From positions 32,001 through 96,000 of the forward strand of contig CAWJSR010000010.1 of NCBI GenBank assembly GCA_963845515.1: a DNA stretch of 64,000 nucleotides, written 5' to 3'. Shown here piece by piece: positions 1 to 9,634 of this stretch (position 1 is its first letter; every line of letters starts with the position of its first letter). The position numbers and the translations under genes are program-made. A model generated the notes under the pieces. That model did not search any database, had not been told where the DNA came from, and saw nothing but the letters and a program-made list of their open reading frames with translations. This DNA comes from an uncultured delta proteobacterium (GTDB lineage: Bacteria > Myxococcota > Myxococcia > Myxococcales > Anaeromyxobacteraceae).

Positions 1-597
1 AAGAGCGAGACCGAACGCTCCACCTCGGACTACGATCGCGAGAAGTTGCAGGAGCGGTTGGCCAAGTTGGCCGGTGGCGTTGCCATCATCCGCGTCGGTG
101 CCGCGACCGAAACCGAGCTCAAGGAGAAGAAGCACCGGGTTGAGGACGCGCTGAGCGCGACCCGCGCCGCGGTAGAGGAAGGGATCGTCCCCGGTGGCGG
201 TGTGGCCCTCGTCAACGCGGTGTCCGCGCTGGACGGGATGGAGATGACCTACCCCGACGAGCAGACCGGTGTCACCATCCTGCGCAAGGCCCTGTTGGCG
301 CCTATCCGCAGGATCTCCGAGAACGCTGGCGAGGACGGGGCCGTGATTCTGGCCAACGTTCGCCGAAGCCAGGTCGAGCACAACAACCTGCATATGGGCT
401 ATGACGTGATGAGCGGCGAGTACGTGGATATGATCGAGGCCGGCATCATCGATCCCGCCAAGGTCACCAAGGGCGCGCTGCTCAATGCAGCCTCCGTGGC
501 CTCGATGGTGCTCAGCACCGAGGCGCTGATCACCGACATTCCGGAGCCCGACAAACCCGCTCCTCCCGCCGGCGGTGGCGGCGGCGGAATGTACTAA
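1..597 (+). CDS. groL: Chaperonin GroEL, 3' part (5' end outside window)
   Basis: [39 protein letters not shown]...GIVPGGG...GIIDPAKVT motifs; Gly/Met-rich C-terminus. Confidence 0.98.
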   Translation, partial: KSETERSTSDYDREKLQERLAKLAGGVAIIRVGAATETELKEKKHRVEDALSATRAAVEEGIVPGGGVALVNAVSALDGMEMTYPDEQTGVTILRKALLAPIRRISENAGEDGAVILANVRRSQVEHNNLHMGYDVMSGEYVDMIEAGIIDPAKVTKGALLNAASVASMVLSTEALITDIPEPDKPAPPAGGGGGGMY

Positions 598-620
598 GCC
601 GTACACAGAGCCGAAGCACA

Positions 621-656
621 AAAGAGGGGGGTGCGACAGTGTCGCGCCCCCTCTTT
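621..656. terminator. Bidirectional intrinsic terminator between groEL and the convergent feo operon
   Basis: AAAGAGGGGG-G-TGCGAC-agt-GTCGCG-CCCCCTCTTT hairpin with A and T tails. Confidence 0.85.
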
Positions 657-691
657 CGTACACAATTCCGGAGCCGTTCGCCGCAGATGCT

Positions 692-949
692 TCAGTCGTT
701 CTGGAGCGCGAAACGCCCCTTCGCGGTCAGCGTCCAGAGGCGGAGATGCCGTTGGACGCCGCAAGCAGCAGTCAGACCACACCCGTCACAGCCCTCAGCA
801 CACGTAGCTGCCTCTGTAAGGTACCCCCGCGCCGTCAACTGGTCGACCATTTGCCCGACCAGCACCTCGGTGACTCCCATCGCCTCCGCCAGTCCTCGCT
901 GGGTCACAACCTCACCTTGTGCGACAAGGGCCAACAGCCGCTGCAGCAT
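692..949 (-). CDS. FeoC-like winged-helix protein with Cys cluster
   Basis: 85 aa, HTH-like N-terminus (LAEAMGVT..LVGQMVDQL..RGYL) plus CAEGCDGCGLTAAC; directly downstream of feoB. Confidence 0.8.
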   Translation of the reverse strand: MLQRLLALVAQGEVVTQRGLAEAMGVTEVLVGQMVDQLTARGYLTEAATCAEGCDGCGLTAACGVQRHLRLWTLTAKGRFALQND

Positions 950-952
950 GCC

Positions 953-3007
953 TCACGCTCCCATCATAGCGGTACCCACCTGGTAGACCAGGATTCCGGC
1001 ACCCAGGGAGAGCGCAAGCATCAGTCCGACGCCGACGACGGTCCACTTCCACGATCCCGTCTCCTGCTTCATCGCCGCTACTGTCGCTACGCAGGGAACG
1101 AAGAGCATCTGCACGACCAGCAGCGCGAGCGCGGCAGGCGTAGTGAGCAGTGCCGGCAATACGCTCTGGACATCGCCATAGAGCACACCGAGCGTCGCGA
1201 TGGTGTTCTCCTTAGCCACAAAGCTCGTCAGCAGCGCCACTAGCACCGGCCACGGAAGGCCCAGAAGCCGCCCGATAGGCTCCAGCGACCGCCCGATGGC
1301 GGCCAGATAACTCTGACTCACATCGCCGCGAACTGGAAGGTAGGACAGAAGCCAGACCACAACAGACGCGATCAGGATCACGCTGCCCGCCTTCTGCAGG
1401 AATGCAATCAGGTTGCGCCAGACATAGATCCCGATGGTCCGAGCGTTAGGGAGATGGTAGAGCGGAAGCTCCATGATGAACACGGAGTCCTCGCTCCTGG
1501 TGAAGACCCGGTCGAACACCTGTCCCAGGCCAACCAGAACGAGCAGGTTTACGGCGACCAGGGCCCAGACGATGGGACCGGCCGCTCGGCCAAAGAAGGC
1601 CGCCCCCAGAATGGCGGTCACGGCGAGGCGTGCGGCGCACGGCACAAACGGAGCCAAGAGGATGGTGAGAAGCCGGGCTCGGCCCGTGTCCAAGATGCGC
1701 GTACCGAGAACCGCCGGTACGTTGCACCCAAACCCCAGCAGCAGCGGCATGAAGCTCTTACCGTGGAGGCCCATGCTGTGCATCATCCGATCGGTCACAA
1801 AGGCGGCGCGCGCCATATAGCCGGTGTCCTCGAGAACACCCAGCGTCACGAAGAAGATCGCCAGAATGGGCAGGAAAGTCACCACCATGCCGGCCCCCCC
1901 GATTACACCGTCAGCAAGCAGATCTACCATCCAGAGAGGAGCACCGGCCTGACCCAGCCAGCCCCCAAGGCTCAGCGCTACCTGCTGCATCAGGCCATCC
2001 AACCAACCTTGCATAGGATTGCCAACAGCATAGGTGAGCCCAAATACGGCCGCCAGGATTCCGAGCAGCGCCGCGGTTCCCCAAAGCGGGTGGGTGAGCA
2101 AGGAATCGAGCCGCGACGTCAGCCCAACTTGCCCCACGTGAGGGCGGACCACGGCGGCGCGGACCATCCGGCCTACCCATTCATAGCGCGCCCCGGCGAT
2201 GTCAAGGATCGCGTCCTCGTGGCGGTGGAGCACGTCGTGCAACGCATCGCTGACGGATCGAGGCAGCAGGCCCTCCATCATGGCATGGATCTCGTCGTCG
2301 CCTTCCAGGAGCTTAAGCGCGACCCAATCCACCGGGTACGGCTCGCGGACATGGGAGGCGATCAGCGCGATGAGGTGTGCCAGCACCTCCTCGTGCGCTG
2401 GGAGGATGGTAGGCCGCCGTGGGTCGTAAGGGTACGTTCGATCGGCGATCGATAGCACGGCGTCGAGGAGCTTCACGATCCCTTCACTTCGGGTAGCAAC
2501 CATCGGTACGACGGGGATCCCCAGCGCCGCTTCCAGGACGTGCGGCTCGATCTGCACACCCTGCTGGCCGGCCACATCCATCATGTTGAGCACCAGGACA
2601 ACGGGGGCCGGCAACAGGAGCAGCTCAGAGAGCAAGTAGAGGCTGCGCTCGGGAATTGCCGCGTCAACGATCGCCACGACCACATCGGGCTGCTCATGCA
2701 GGATGAAGTCGCGCGTGATGCGCTCCTCCACAGAGGCCGCCGTCAGGCTGTAGGTGCCCGGCAGATCCACCAGCAGGAGATCCGTGTCGTGGTAACTGTA
2801 TCGTCCGGTTTTCTGCTCCACCGTCTTGCCGGGCCAGTTGCCGACGTGTTGGCTGAGGCCGGTCAGCGTGTTGAAGATGGTGGACTTACCGACATTGGGC
2901 TGCCCCGCCAGCGCCACCACAAACAGGCCTCTGTCTGCCTCGCGCGCCTGGCGAACCTCAGTCTTGGAGGAACCCGAGACCTCTGAGCCGTGGGCGTGGT
3001 GGTTCAT
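953..3007 (-). CDS. feoB: Ferrous iron transport protein B
   Basis: G1 GQPNVGKS, VGNWPGKTVE, DLPGTYSL, NMMD; multi-TM C-terminal half with GFGCNVPA and PFVPC gate motifs. Confidence 0.97.
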   Translation of the reverse strand: MNHHAHGSEVSGSSKTEVRQAREADRGLFVVALAGQPNVGKSTIFNTLTGLSQHVGNWPGKTVEQKTGRYSYHDTDLLLVDLPGTYSLTAASVEERITRDFILHEQPDVVVAIVDAAIPERSLYLLSELLLLPAPVVLVLNMMDVAGQQGVQIEPHVLEAALGIPVVPMVATRSEGIVKLLDAVLSIADRTYPYDPRRPTILPAHEEVLAHLIALIASHVREPYPVDWVALKLLEGDDEIHAMMEGLLPRSVSDALHDVLHRHEDAILDIAGARYEWVGRMVRAAVVRPHVGQVGLTSRLDSLLTHPLWGTAALLGILAAVFGLTYAVGNPMQGWLDGLMQQVALSLGGWLGQAGAPLWMVDLLADGVIGGAGMVVTFLPILAIFFVTLGVLEDTGYMARAAFVTDRMMHSMGLHGKSFMPLLLGFGCNVPAVLGTRILDTGRARLLTILLAPFVPCAARLAVTAILGAAFFGRAAGPIVWALVAVNLLVLVGLGQVFDRVFTRSEDSVFIMELPLYHLPNARTIGIYVWRNLIAFLQKAGSVILIASVVVWLLSYLPVRGDVSQSYLAAIGRSLEPIGRLLGLPWPVLVALLTSFVAKENTIATLGVLYGDVQSVLPALLTTPAALALLVVQMLFVPCVATVAAMKQETGSWKWTVVGVGLMLALSLGAGILVYQVGTAMMGA

Positions 3008-3010
3008 GCC

Positions 3011-3253
3011 TCAGACCTCCGGCCGGTGCGCCATGATCTGGGCGGCCTCGCCACGGCCGAGCGCGATCTGTGCACCTCGAACCGCGACGAGGATCGGCCC
3101 CTTGCCGTAGTTCCTGACAATGGTGACCGGTGCCCCGGTGGTGAATCCCAGAGCTGCGAGACGCGAGACAAGGTGGTGTCCACCTTCCAGACTGCCAATG
3201 TACCCGACTTCTCCCGGATTCAGCTTTGCGAGTGAGACCATCGGATAGATCAT
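3011..3253 (-). CDS. feoA: Ferrous iron transport protein A
   Basis: RLAALGFTTGAPVTIVRN..GPILVAVRGAQIALGRGEA SH3-like FeoA signature; upstream of feoB; start could be 3241. Confidence 0.92.
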   Translation of the reverse strand: MIYPMVSLAKLNPGEVGYIGSLEGGHHLVSRLAALGFTTGAPVTIVRNYGKGPILVAVRGAQIALGRGEAAQIMAHRPEV

Positions 3254-3258
3254 CCTCC

Positions 3259-3909
3259 CTACAATGGCTCCAGCCATATCGCCTGTGCATCGGCTGCCGG
3301 GATCCCCACATTCCGACCCGCCTCAGCCAGCAGAGCGATACCGGTGCCGTCCGGTTTCTGCTCCATCACCCGCACGCGGGCACCTGGTCCCAGGGCCAGC
3401 TGCGCAATCCGCCGAAGCAGCTCGGGCGTCTCGGGCGCTATGCGCGTGACCCGGGCTTCAGTTCCGACGCCCAGGCTACGCAGACACTGGTCCAGCGAAG
3501 AGGCTGCCTGAGGCGGGATCGGGGCGCCGTGAGGACACGCTTCGGGCTCACCCAGGAAGCTCGCCAACCTCTCGGTCACAGCCTCCGGGGCTGCGTGTTC
3601 CAGGTCACCGGCGATAATGTGCGCCTCGTCCCACGGCAATGCGAGCACATCACTGAGGAAGCGCTCCCACAACCGGTGTCGCCGGAGCAGTGCCAACGCA
3701 GCCTCCGTACCGGATTCGGTCAGAGCCACACCACGGTACGGATGGTACTGCACCCAGCCCCCCTCCTCCAGCTTCTGCACCATCTCGTGGATCGAGACCG
3801 GCGAGAAGCCGAAGTACTCAGCAAGTTGCGTCAGAGGAAGCGGCGTCTCGGCATCAACGCGCAACCTGTAGACCGCCCCAAGGTACTCCTCTACCCGCTC
3901 CTGCCGCAT
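3259..3909 (-). CDS. DtxR/IdeR/MntR family metal-dependent repressor with C-terminal FeoA domain
   Basis: EEYLGAVYRL, RRHRLWERFL, LEH, CPHGAPIP motifs; GGAGGG RBS before ATG at 3909. Confidence 0.93.
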   Translation of the reverse strand: MRQERVEEYLGAVYRLRVDAETPLPLTQLAEYFGFSPVSIHEMVQKLEEGGWVQYHPYRGVALTESGTEAALALLRRHRLWERFLSDVLALPWDEAHIIAGDLEHAAPEAVTERLASFLGEPEACPHGAPIPPQAASSLDQCLRSLGVGTEARVTRIAPETPELLRRIAQLALGPGARVRVMEQKPDGTGIALLAEAGRNVGIPAADAQAIWLEPL

Positions 3910-3931
3910 CGAGCCCTCCGACCCCGTCAAC

Positions 3932-3967
3932 CTCAGAGATTATAAGGCATGCCTTATAATCTCTGAG
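3932..3967. promoter_or_regulatory. Perfect 36-bp palindrome, probable DtxR-family operator
   Basis: CTCAGAGATTATAAGGCA|TGCCTTATAATCTCTGAG; core TAAGGCATGCCTTA resembles DtxR/MntR boxes; overlaps the -10/start region of the dtxR-feo promoter. Confidence 0.85.
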
Positions 3968-3993
3968 TATACCGGCTTGCCCGAGCCTGTCAA
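3966..3993 (-). promoter_or_regulatory. Sigma70 promoter of the dtxR-feoABC operon
   Basis: TTGACA (3993-3988), 16 nt, TATACT (3971-3966) on the minus strand. Confidence 0.8.
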
Positions 3994-4100
3994 GGGCCAA
4001 ATGGCTGTGGATAGCGGCGAGCTCCCGGTGTGAGCGGCAGTCAACAGCACGTCATGGCGCCTTGCCCTTACTCCACTCGATGCTATCATACGCCAGCGTT

Positions 4101-5285
4101 ATGGACGACGACGAGACGATTCGATCACTGCCCGACAGCGCTGGACGCCACTGCCCTACGTGCGGAGCGCGCGTTGCCGATGAAGCCACAGCCTGCGCCA
4201 TATGCGGGGCTGTGCTCGGTGATTCGTCCGAAGAGGGCGGAGGGTCCACGGGTGCGGATCGATCGGTTGGTGAAGGTACGGGCGGACGTAGCCGCTCACG
4301 ACGGATTCTGCGGTTTGCGATTCTGGCACTGATCGCCGTTGCGGTGCTTGCGGGTGCTGCTGCTCTGGGGCTGAGTATGTCGCGAGGCGAAATCAGCCCC
4401 GAACTGCCCACCCTAACGCCGACGGCGACCTTTCGGCCGACAGCCACCCCGAGCCCAACAGTGACACCCACTGCCACACCGACATCGGCACCAACCGAGA
4501 CGCCGACACCCATCCCCCCAACCGAGTACACCGTTGTCGCTGGGGACACCATGCTAGCAATTGCGGTGGAGTACGGCACCACCGTCGATGAGCTTCTGGC
4601 CTTCAATGGCATGGAGTCCGACGCGATCGGTGAGGGCCAGATCCTGCTGATCCCCGCGCCCACGCCAACACCCGGGCCCACGCCAACGCCGGACCCTGAG
4701 CAACCGACTGAGACGCCCAGTCCCTACATCCTTCACACGGTCCGGAGCGGCGACACGCTGTCGACGATTGCGGAGCAGTACGGGGTCAGCATCGACACGA
4801 TCCGCGCTGCGAACGAAGACCTCCCGGACAACTCGCAGCATATCGTGATCGGCTTTGTCCTGGTGATCCCGCGCAACACACCGACACCTACCCCCCCGCC
4901 ACTAGTGGAGGCCACCCCCACGCCGGCAACGGTCATGCGCTATCCGGCACCGACAATGCTCTATCCACGCGATGCGGCCACCTTTGCGGGTCCCGACGCC
5001 ACGGTTGCCCTGCAGTGGGCATCAGTGGGTATACTTGAGGAACGTGAGTACTACCAGGTAGAGCTACTCATTCCGACAGGGGAACAGAATATCACCGAGG
5101 AGGTGATCCTGCGGTCGACCGTGTGGCGCGTCCCGAGCGAGCTGTTCCCGCCGGCGACGGTGGAAGATCGCACATTCTCCTGGCGCGTTCTGGTCGTGCG
5201 TCAGGTCACGAGCGCGGACGATACCAGTTACAGGGTCATCAGCCAGGCAGCACGCCGGCGCACCTTCACCTGGGCTACAGAGTAG
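4101..5285 (+). CDS. Membrane-anchored protein with zinc ribbon, Pro/Thr linkers and two LysM domains
   Basis: CPTC..CAIC, one TM helix, YTVVAGDTMLAIAVEYGTTV and HTVRSGDTLSTIAEQYGVS LysM repeats; PT-rich linkers typical of Anaerolineae. Confidence 0.88.
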   Translation: MDDDETIRSLPDSAGRHCPTCGARVADEATACAICGAVLGDSSEEGGGSTGADRSVGEGTGGRSRSRRILRFAILALIAVAVLAGAAALGLSMSRGEISPELPTLTPTATFRPTATPSPTVTPTATPTSAPTETPTPIPPTEYTVVAGDTMLAIAVEYGTTVDELLAFNGMESDAIGEGQILLIPAPTPTPGPTPTPDPEQPTETPSPYILHTVRSGDTLSTIAEQYGVSIDTIRAANEDLPDNSQHIVIGFVLVIPRNTPTPTPPPLVEATPTPATVMRYPAPTMLYPRDAATFAGPDATVALQWASVGILEEREYYQVELLIPTGEQNITEEVILRSTVWRVPSELFPPATVEDRTFSWRVLVVRQVTSADDTSYRVISQAARRRTFTWATE

Positions 5286-5366
5286 TCGGGCTGTCCCTCC
5301 CAGGTACTGTCCTTACAGGAAGCCCTTTGTGCTCAGCCGGGCGACCAGGACCTGCACCGCGGGTCC

Positions 5367-5841
5367 CTACCCGATGGACATCTTGCCCAACATCACCAGA
5401 AACAGTAACCCAATGACGGCGATGTCGAGTAACAGCAGAATCGCCAGCACGGCCTGTTGCCAGGGCAGCAGTCCCGGAATGAGGGGCGGGGATGACGTCC
5501 TGACAGCAACAGCGACGCGGCGCCAACGCAAGAGCCTCGGCATCCACTTCGCCGCGCAGCGACTCGATCACCTCGCCCTCATCCAGAGCCGCGACGTGTC
5601 GCGCCGCAGCGGGCGTGCTCAGAGCCTTCCCAGTCCCACCGGCGTCGCCGTCCCATCTTGAGCTCGGGGCCGCCTCCTCTGCGACCGCCGGGGGCGTCCG
5701 CAGGAAATCCCACTCCGTGGTCCCCTCGTCGGCATCCGTCTCCGCTACCTCCGGGCTGGGCGGTGTTACCTCTTCACCTTCATCTTCGTCAGCGTCCCGC
5801 TGTGAGGCTAGCTCCACCAACCAATCGGGGATGTCACTCAT
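5367..5841 (-). CDS. Acidic hypothetical protein with C-terminal TM helix (frameshift near 5520)
   Basis: MSDIPDWLVEL... frame continues in another frame as PLIPGLLPWQQAVLAILLLLDIAVIGLLFLVMLGKMSIG* ending at 5367. Confidence 0.6.
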
Positions 5842-5985
5842 CGCTCTTCCTCCGCTTCAGGCGCCCGTTTGCTCGCCTTTGTTGCCTGCGTACCGGATCA
5901 AACCATCACTATACACAAGATACTCCATTCGCCCGCTCAAGTCAAACCAGCGGCGTAATCCGGCGGTCGCAGGCGCGGAACAGAG

Positions 5986-6600
5986 ATGCTGAACCCGCGA
6001 CCAGCAATCAGCCTTCCACGCTCGTTCTACGCGCGCGAGCCGGATGTCGTGGCACAGGCGCTCATCGGCAAGCACCTGGTGCGCGTGCTCGGTAATCAGC
6101 GCTTGGTCGGGCGTATCGTCGAAGCCGAGGGCTACCGCGGTCTCGAGGATGCTGCGAGCCACGCGTCGTCAGGCCCTACTCCCCGCAACCGCCCGATGTT
6201 CGGCCCACCGGGCTTCACTTACGTCTACTTCATCTACGGCATGCACTGGATGTTCAACATTACGGCACACCCCGAAGGCACACCTGGGGCGGTGCTGATC
6301 CGGGGTCTGGAGCCTTTGGAAGGTGTCGAGGCGATGATCCGCAGCCGCGGTGGATGGGCACTCGCGAAAGGTCCACGCCTCACCAGCGGTCCGGCTCGAC
6401 TCGCTCAGGCGCTGGACATCAACGGGACACTGAACGCCATCGACCTGTGTGGTGCCGGCCCACTCGCTGTCACCGAAGGGGCTTTGCTCGCCGGCGAACA
6501 GGTCGTCTCGGGCCCGCGCGTACGGGTTCCTGGGGACAAAGAGGCCCAGGAACGCCCATGGCGCTTCTGGATTGCGGCGAGCCCGTACGTCTCGTCCTGA
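5986..6600 (+). CDS. mpg: DNA-3-methyladenine glycosylase (AAG/MPG family)
   Basis: GRIVEAEGY, MFGPPGFTYVYFIYGMHWMFN, GAVLIRGLEP, GPARL, PWRF motifs. Confidence 0.95.
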   Translation: MLNPRPAISLPRSFYAREPDVVAQALIGKHLVRVLGNQRLVGRIVEAEGYRGLEDAASHASSGPTPRNRPMFGPPGFTYVYFIYGMHWMFNITAHPEGTPGAVLIRGLEPLEGVEAMIRSRGGWALAKGPRLTSGPARLAQALDINGTLNAIDLCGAGPLAVTEGALLAGEQVVSGPRVRVPGDKEAQERPWRFWIAASPYVSS

Positions 6601-6790
6601 GACTCCGCGGGCAACCTACCGCGCCACAGGGTCACAAATGAGGCGGTCGCATCCAGCGGTGTTGAGCGCGTCACACGATCTGATATGAGGATCTTCCTGA
6701 CTCTGGCCGTCCGCATGGTCTGGCAGCGTTGCCAGGCAAGGGATAGCGCCGGACGCTTTGGGATCCGGCGTCTCGAGCTGATGACTCCGC

Positions 6791-8110
6791 CTACCCGCCG
6801 AAGCGCCGGCGCAACACGTCTTCCAGTGTCGGCTGCCCGATCACTTGAAGCTCATAGCGGACCCGTTCCATCGGATGCTCGATCTTCAGCAGACGTGTGA
6901 GGTCTATCGGCGTGCCCACGAGCACCAAATCACACGGTGTCTGGTTGATCGTCTCCTCGAGGTCACGGATCTGCTTCTCGCCATAGCCCATCGCCGGGAG
7001 TACAGTACCGGTTGTCGGATACTTGGCGTAGGTCTGGGCGATCGAGGCCACGGCGTAGGGTCGCGGATCGACGACTTCAGCTGCCCCGAAGCGCTGTGCA
7101 GCTACATAGGCCGCGCCGAAAGCCATCTCGCCGTGCGTCAGCGTTGGGCCATCCTCGATGACCAGGACGCGCTTCCCGCGGATCCGCTCGGGATGGTCCA
7201 CAAAGAGCGGAGATGCGGCCTCTATGACTGTCGCATCGGGGTTTACGGCGGATACATTTGCGTAGATCGCCCTGACATTGGCGTAGTCCGCCGTGTCCAT
7301 CTTGTTGATGACGATCACATCGGCTGCGCGGAAGTTCGATTCGCCCGGATAGTAGGCCATCTCATGGCCGGAGCGGTGCGGATCGGCCACCGTGATCCAG
7401 AGGTCGGGCCTGTAGAACGGAAGATCGTTGTTGCCACCATCCCAGACGATCACGTCGGCCTCCTGCTCGGCCTGCCGCAGGATCGCCTCGTAGTCGACTC
7501 CGGCGAAGACTACCAGACCGCGATCGATGTGTGGCTCGTACTCCTCGCGCTCCTCAATAGTGCAGTCGTGACGGTCCAGGTCCGCGTAGGAAGCGAACCG
7601 TTGCACAGCCTGCTTGACGAGATCGCCATAGGGCATCGGGTGGCGCACCGCGACCACCTTCTTGCCCATCGCCTGTAACACATCACAGACGTGTCGCGTC
7701 GTCTGGGACTTCCCGCAGCCCGTACGCACGGCGCACACAGCCACGACGGGTTTGGTGCTCTTCAGCATCGTCGCCCGCCCGCCCATCATGCGGAAGTCCG
7801 CACCCTGTGCCAATACCAGCGACGCTTTGTGCATCACATACGTGTGCATGACATCGGAGTACGAGAACACCACCTGGTCCACTTCACGATCGTTCATGAG
7901 CTGGATGAGCTCGCTCTCGGGGTAGATGGGCACGCCGGCCGGGTACTGCGCGCCTGCGAGCTGCGGAGGGTATCGACGTCCCTCGATATTGGGGATTTGC
8001 GTCGCCGTGAAGGCGACAACCTCATACCGGTCGTTGTCCCGGAAGTAGGTGTTGAAGTTGTGGAAGTCGCGGCCCGCAGCCCCCATAATGATGACCCGGA
8101 TCGGTTTCAT
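6791..8110 (-). CDS. Cyclic 2,3-diphosphoglycerate synthetase-like P-loop protein (predicted GTPase family)
   Basis: IIMGAAGRDFHNFN, AVRTGCGKSQT P-loop, RHPMPYG, TIEEREEYEPH, WDGGNND, EDGPTLTHG. Confidence 0.85.
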   Translation of the reverse strand: MKPIRVIIMGAAGRDFHNFNTYFRDNDRYEVVAFTATQIPNIEGRRYPPQLAGAQYPAGVPIYPESELIQLMNDREVDQVVFSYSDVMHTYVMHKASLVLAQGADFRMMGGRATMLKSTKPVVAVCAVRTGCGKSQTTRHVCDVLQAMGKKVVAVRHPMPYGDLVKQAVQRFASYADLDRHDCTIEEREEYEPHIDRGLVVFAGVDYEAILRQAEQEADVIVWDGGNNDLPFYRPDLWITVADPHRSGHEMAYYPGESNFRAADVIVINKMDTADYANVRAIYANVSAVNPDATVIEAASPLFVDHPERIRGKRVLVIEDGPTLTHGEMAFGAAYVAAQRFGAAEVVDPRPYAVASIAQTYAKYPTTGTVLPAMGYGEKQIRDLEETINQTPCDLVLVGTPIDLTRLLKIEHPMERVRYELQVIGQPTLEDVLRRRFGG

Positions 8111-8287
8111 GAACGTAGCTCCTTGCTGTGATGGTTGCGCACAGAACTGCACCGTGGACCTGAACTGCTCCCGGGGCAACGCCGTCTGCGCCCAAGCGTG
8201 AGCATAGCACACCGGTCCACAGGGCTCAAGTGAGGTTCTATGCAGGAAAATCGGAGGATCGACCTTAGGCGGCCGATTTCGGGGACT

Positions 8288-8731
8288 TCAGGACTCCTGC
8301 GGTCGTGCGAGCGCCTGAGCGACCTCTTCCTGATGAGGCACCAGCGCTCCCAGTACCCCATTGACGAAACGTGGCGAGGCGTCAGCACCGTACTCCTTTG
8401 CCAACTCCACTGCCTCGTTGATCGCCACCTTGACCGGAACCCTGCCTACTGTGAACTCATAGAGCGCCATCCTAAGCACATTCCGGTCGATGACCGCGAT
8501 CTGGTCCAGCGGCCATTCCGGAGCATGGGTCTGGATGTAGCCATCAAGCTCTGCGGTAACCGCCACAATACCCAGCACCAGCGCCCGGGCGTAGTCTACC
8601 GCACGAGAACTAGGCTCGAGAAGCGCCCCGAACAGCTCCTGCATTACCTCTTCCGGCGGGTGCCGGACAAGATCGATCTCATACAACGCCTGCAGCGCTA
8701 GCTCGCGCGCTAGGCGGCGTTCACCCTTCAT
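8288..8731 (-). CDS. nusB: Transcription antitermination factor NusB
   Basis: RRLARELALQALYE, DRNVLRMALYE, VAINEAVELAKEYG...FVNGVLG. Confidence 0.97.
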   Translation of the reverse strand: MKGERRLARELALQALYEIDLVRHPPEEVMQELFGALLEPSSRAVDYARALVLGIVAVTAELDGYIQTHAPEWPLDQIAVIDRNVLRMALYEFTVGRVPVKVAINEAVELAKEYGADASPRFVNGVLGALVPHQEEVAQALARPQES

Positions 8732-8784
8732 GGAGCAGCTCTCCTAGCCAGATAGGAACCCGTTGCCACACGCGTAACTACTGC

Positions 8785-9147
8785 CTAGGCTGCTTCGTCA
8801 GGCTGCCAGGTCTCGGGGGGGGCGTACACAACGTCTTCGATGTGGACATTGACCGCCTCGACCGGCATACCGATCATCTGTCGAACAGCGCGCGTAACCT
8901 CGTGCTGCACCCGGCGCCCCAACTGCAGCAGGCTTTGGTCAGGTCCTGCCAGGATGTGCAGATCAACCAAGACGCGACCGTCACGAACCAGGACCGACAC
9001 CGAGTGGCCCGACGTTCCCAGCAGTCGATCGACATCACGCTCGGCGATCCCTGCTACTCCAGGGACGCCAAGCGCCGTGAGGCGAGCAATCGTCTCCAGA
9101 ACAACAGGCTCGACCGTCACCGCACCCGGAATCGTGTTAGGCTCCAT
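8785..9147 (-). CDS. Asp23/Gls24 family envelope stress protein
   Basis: VLETIARLTALGVPGV...VQHEV..AVRQMIG..V.AVNVHIEDV; usual asp23-nusB order. Confidence 0.9.
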   Translation of the reverse strand: MEPNTIPGAVTVEPVVLETIARLTALGVPGVAGIAERDVDRLLGTSGHSVSVLVRDGRVLVDLHILAGPDQSLLQLGRRVQHEVTRAVRQMIGMPVEAVNVHIEDVVYAPPETWQPDEAA

Positions 9148-9190
9148 AGGTCCTTCTCCTGTGCCACTTACTCAAGCACCGCAGCTCTGG

Positions 9191-9218
9191 AAAAGCGACG
9201 GGCCTCCGCAGAGGCCCG
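9191..9218 (-). terminator. Probable intrinsic terminator downstream of rpmF
   Basis: CGGGCCTC-loop-GAGGCCCG hairpin followed shortly by TTTT on the minus strand. Confidence 0.5.
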
Positions 9219-9335
9219 CTTCTGAACAACTGAGTGACACCGTCTCGACCGTGTGTCCAACCGCACCCCAGACCCTAGGTCCGTCTTGCGGCAGACACCC
9301 ATCGTCCGACTCGGCAGCGCGTGCCGAGTCAGCAC

Positions 9336-9527
9336 TTACTCCTCGGCGACCTGGACGACCTGCCGCCCACGATACTGTCCACAGTGTGGGCACACGTGAT
9401 ACGGCTTTACCAGCTCGCCACACTTCTCACATGCAACCAAAGTGGGGAGGGACGGGGATCGATAGTTACTCGCTGTACGCCGGTCGCCCCGGCTGGATGG
9501 AGTTCGTCTCTTTGGTACCGCAGGCAT
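9336..9527 (-). CDS. rpmF: 50S ribosomal protein bL32
   Basis: MPAVPKRRT...CEKCGELVKPYHVCPHCGQYRGRQV zinc ribbon. Confidence 0.96.
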   Translation of the reverse strand: MPAVPKRRTPSSRGDRRTASNYRSPSLPTLVACEKCGELVKPYHVCPHCGQYRGRQVVQVAEE

Positions 9528-9606
9528 CTTTCTTCTTCTCCCTTGTCGCTATGAATCACCACACCACAATCCCAGGACTACGCTCCCTGGAACGTGACGC
9601 AGGTTC

Positions 9607-9634
9607 ATTATACCGAAAAGCCGCGCCGTGTCAA
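9607..9634 (-). promoter_or_regulatory. Consensus sigma70 promoter for rpmF
   Basis: TTGACA (9634-9629), 16 nt, TATAAT (9612-9607); the -35 overlaps the upstream gene's stop codon. Confidence 0.85.

Noticed and set aside
4420..4935. Repetitive ACN-CCN sequence
   Set aside because: Encodes Pro/Thr linkers of the LysM protein, not a DNA repeat element.
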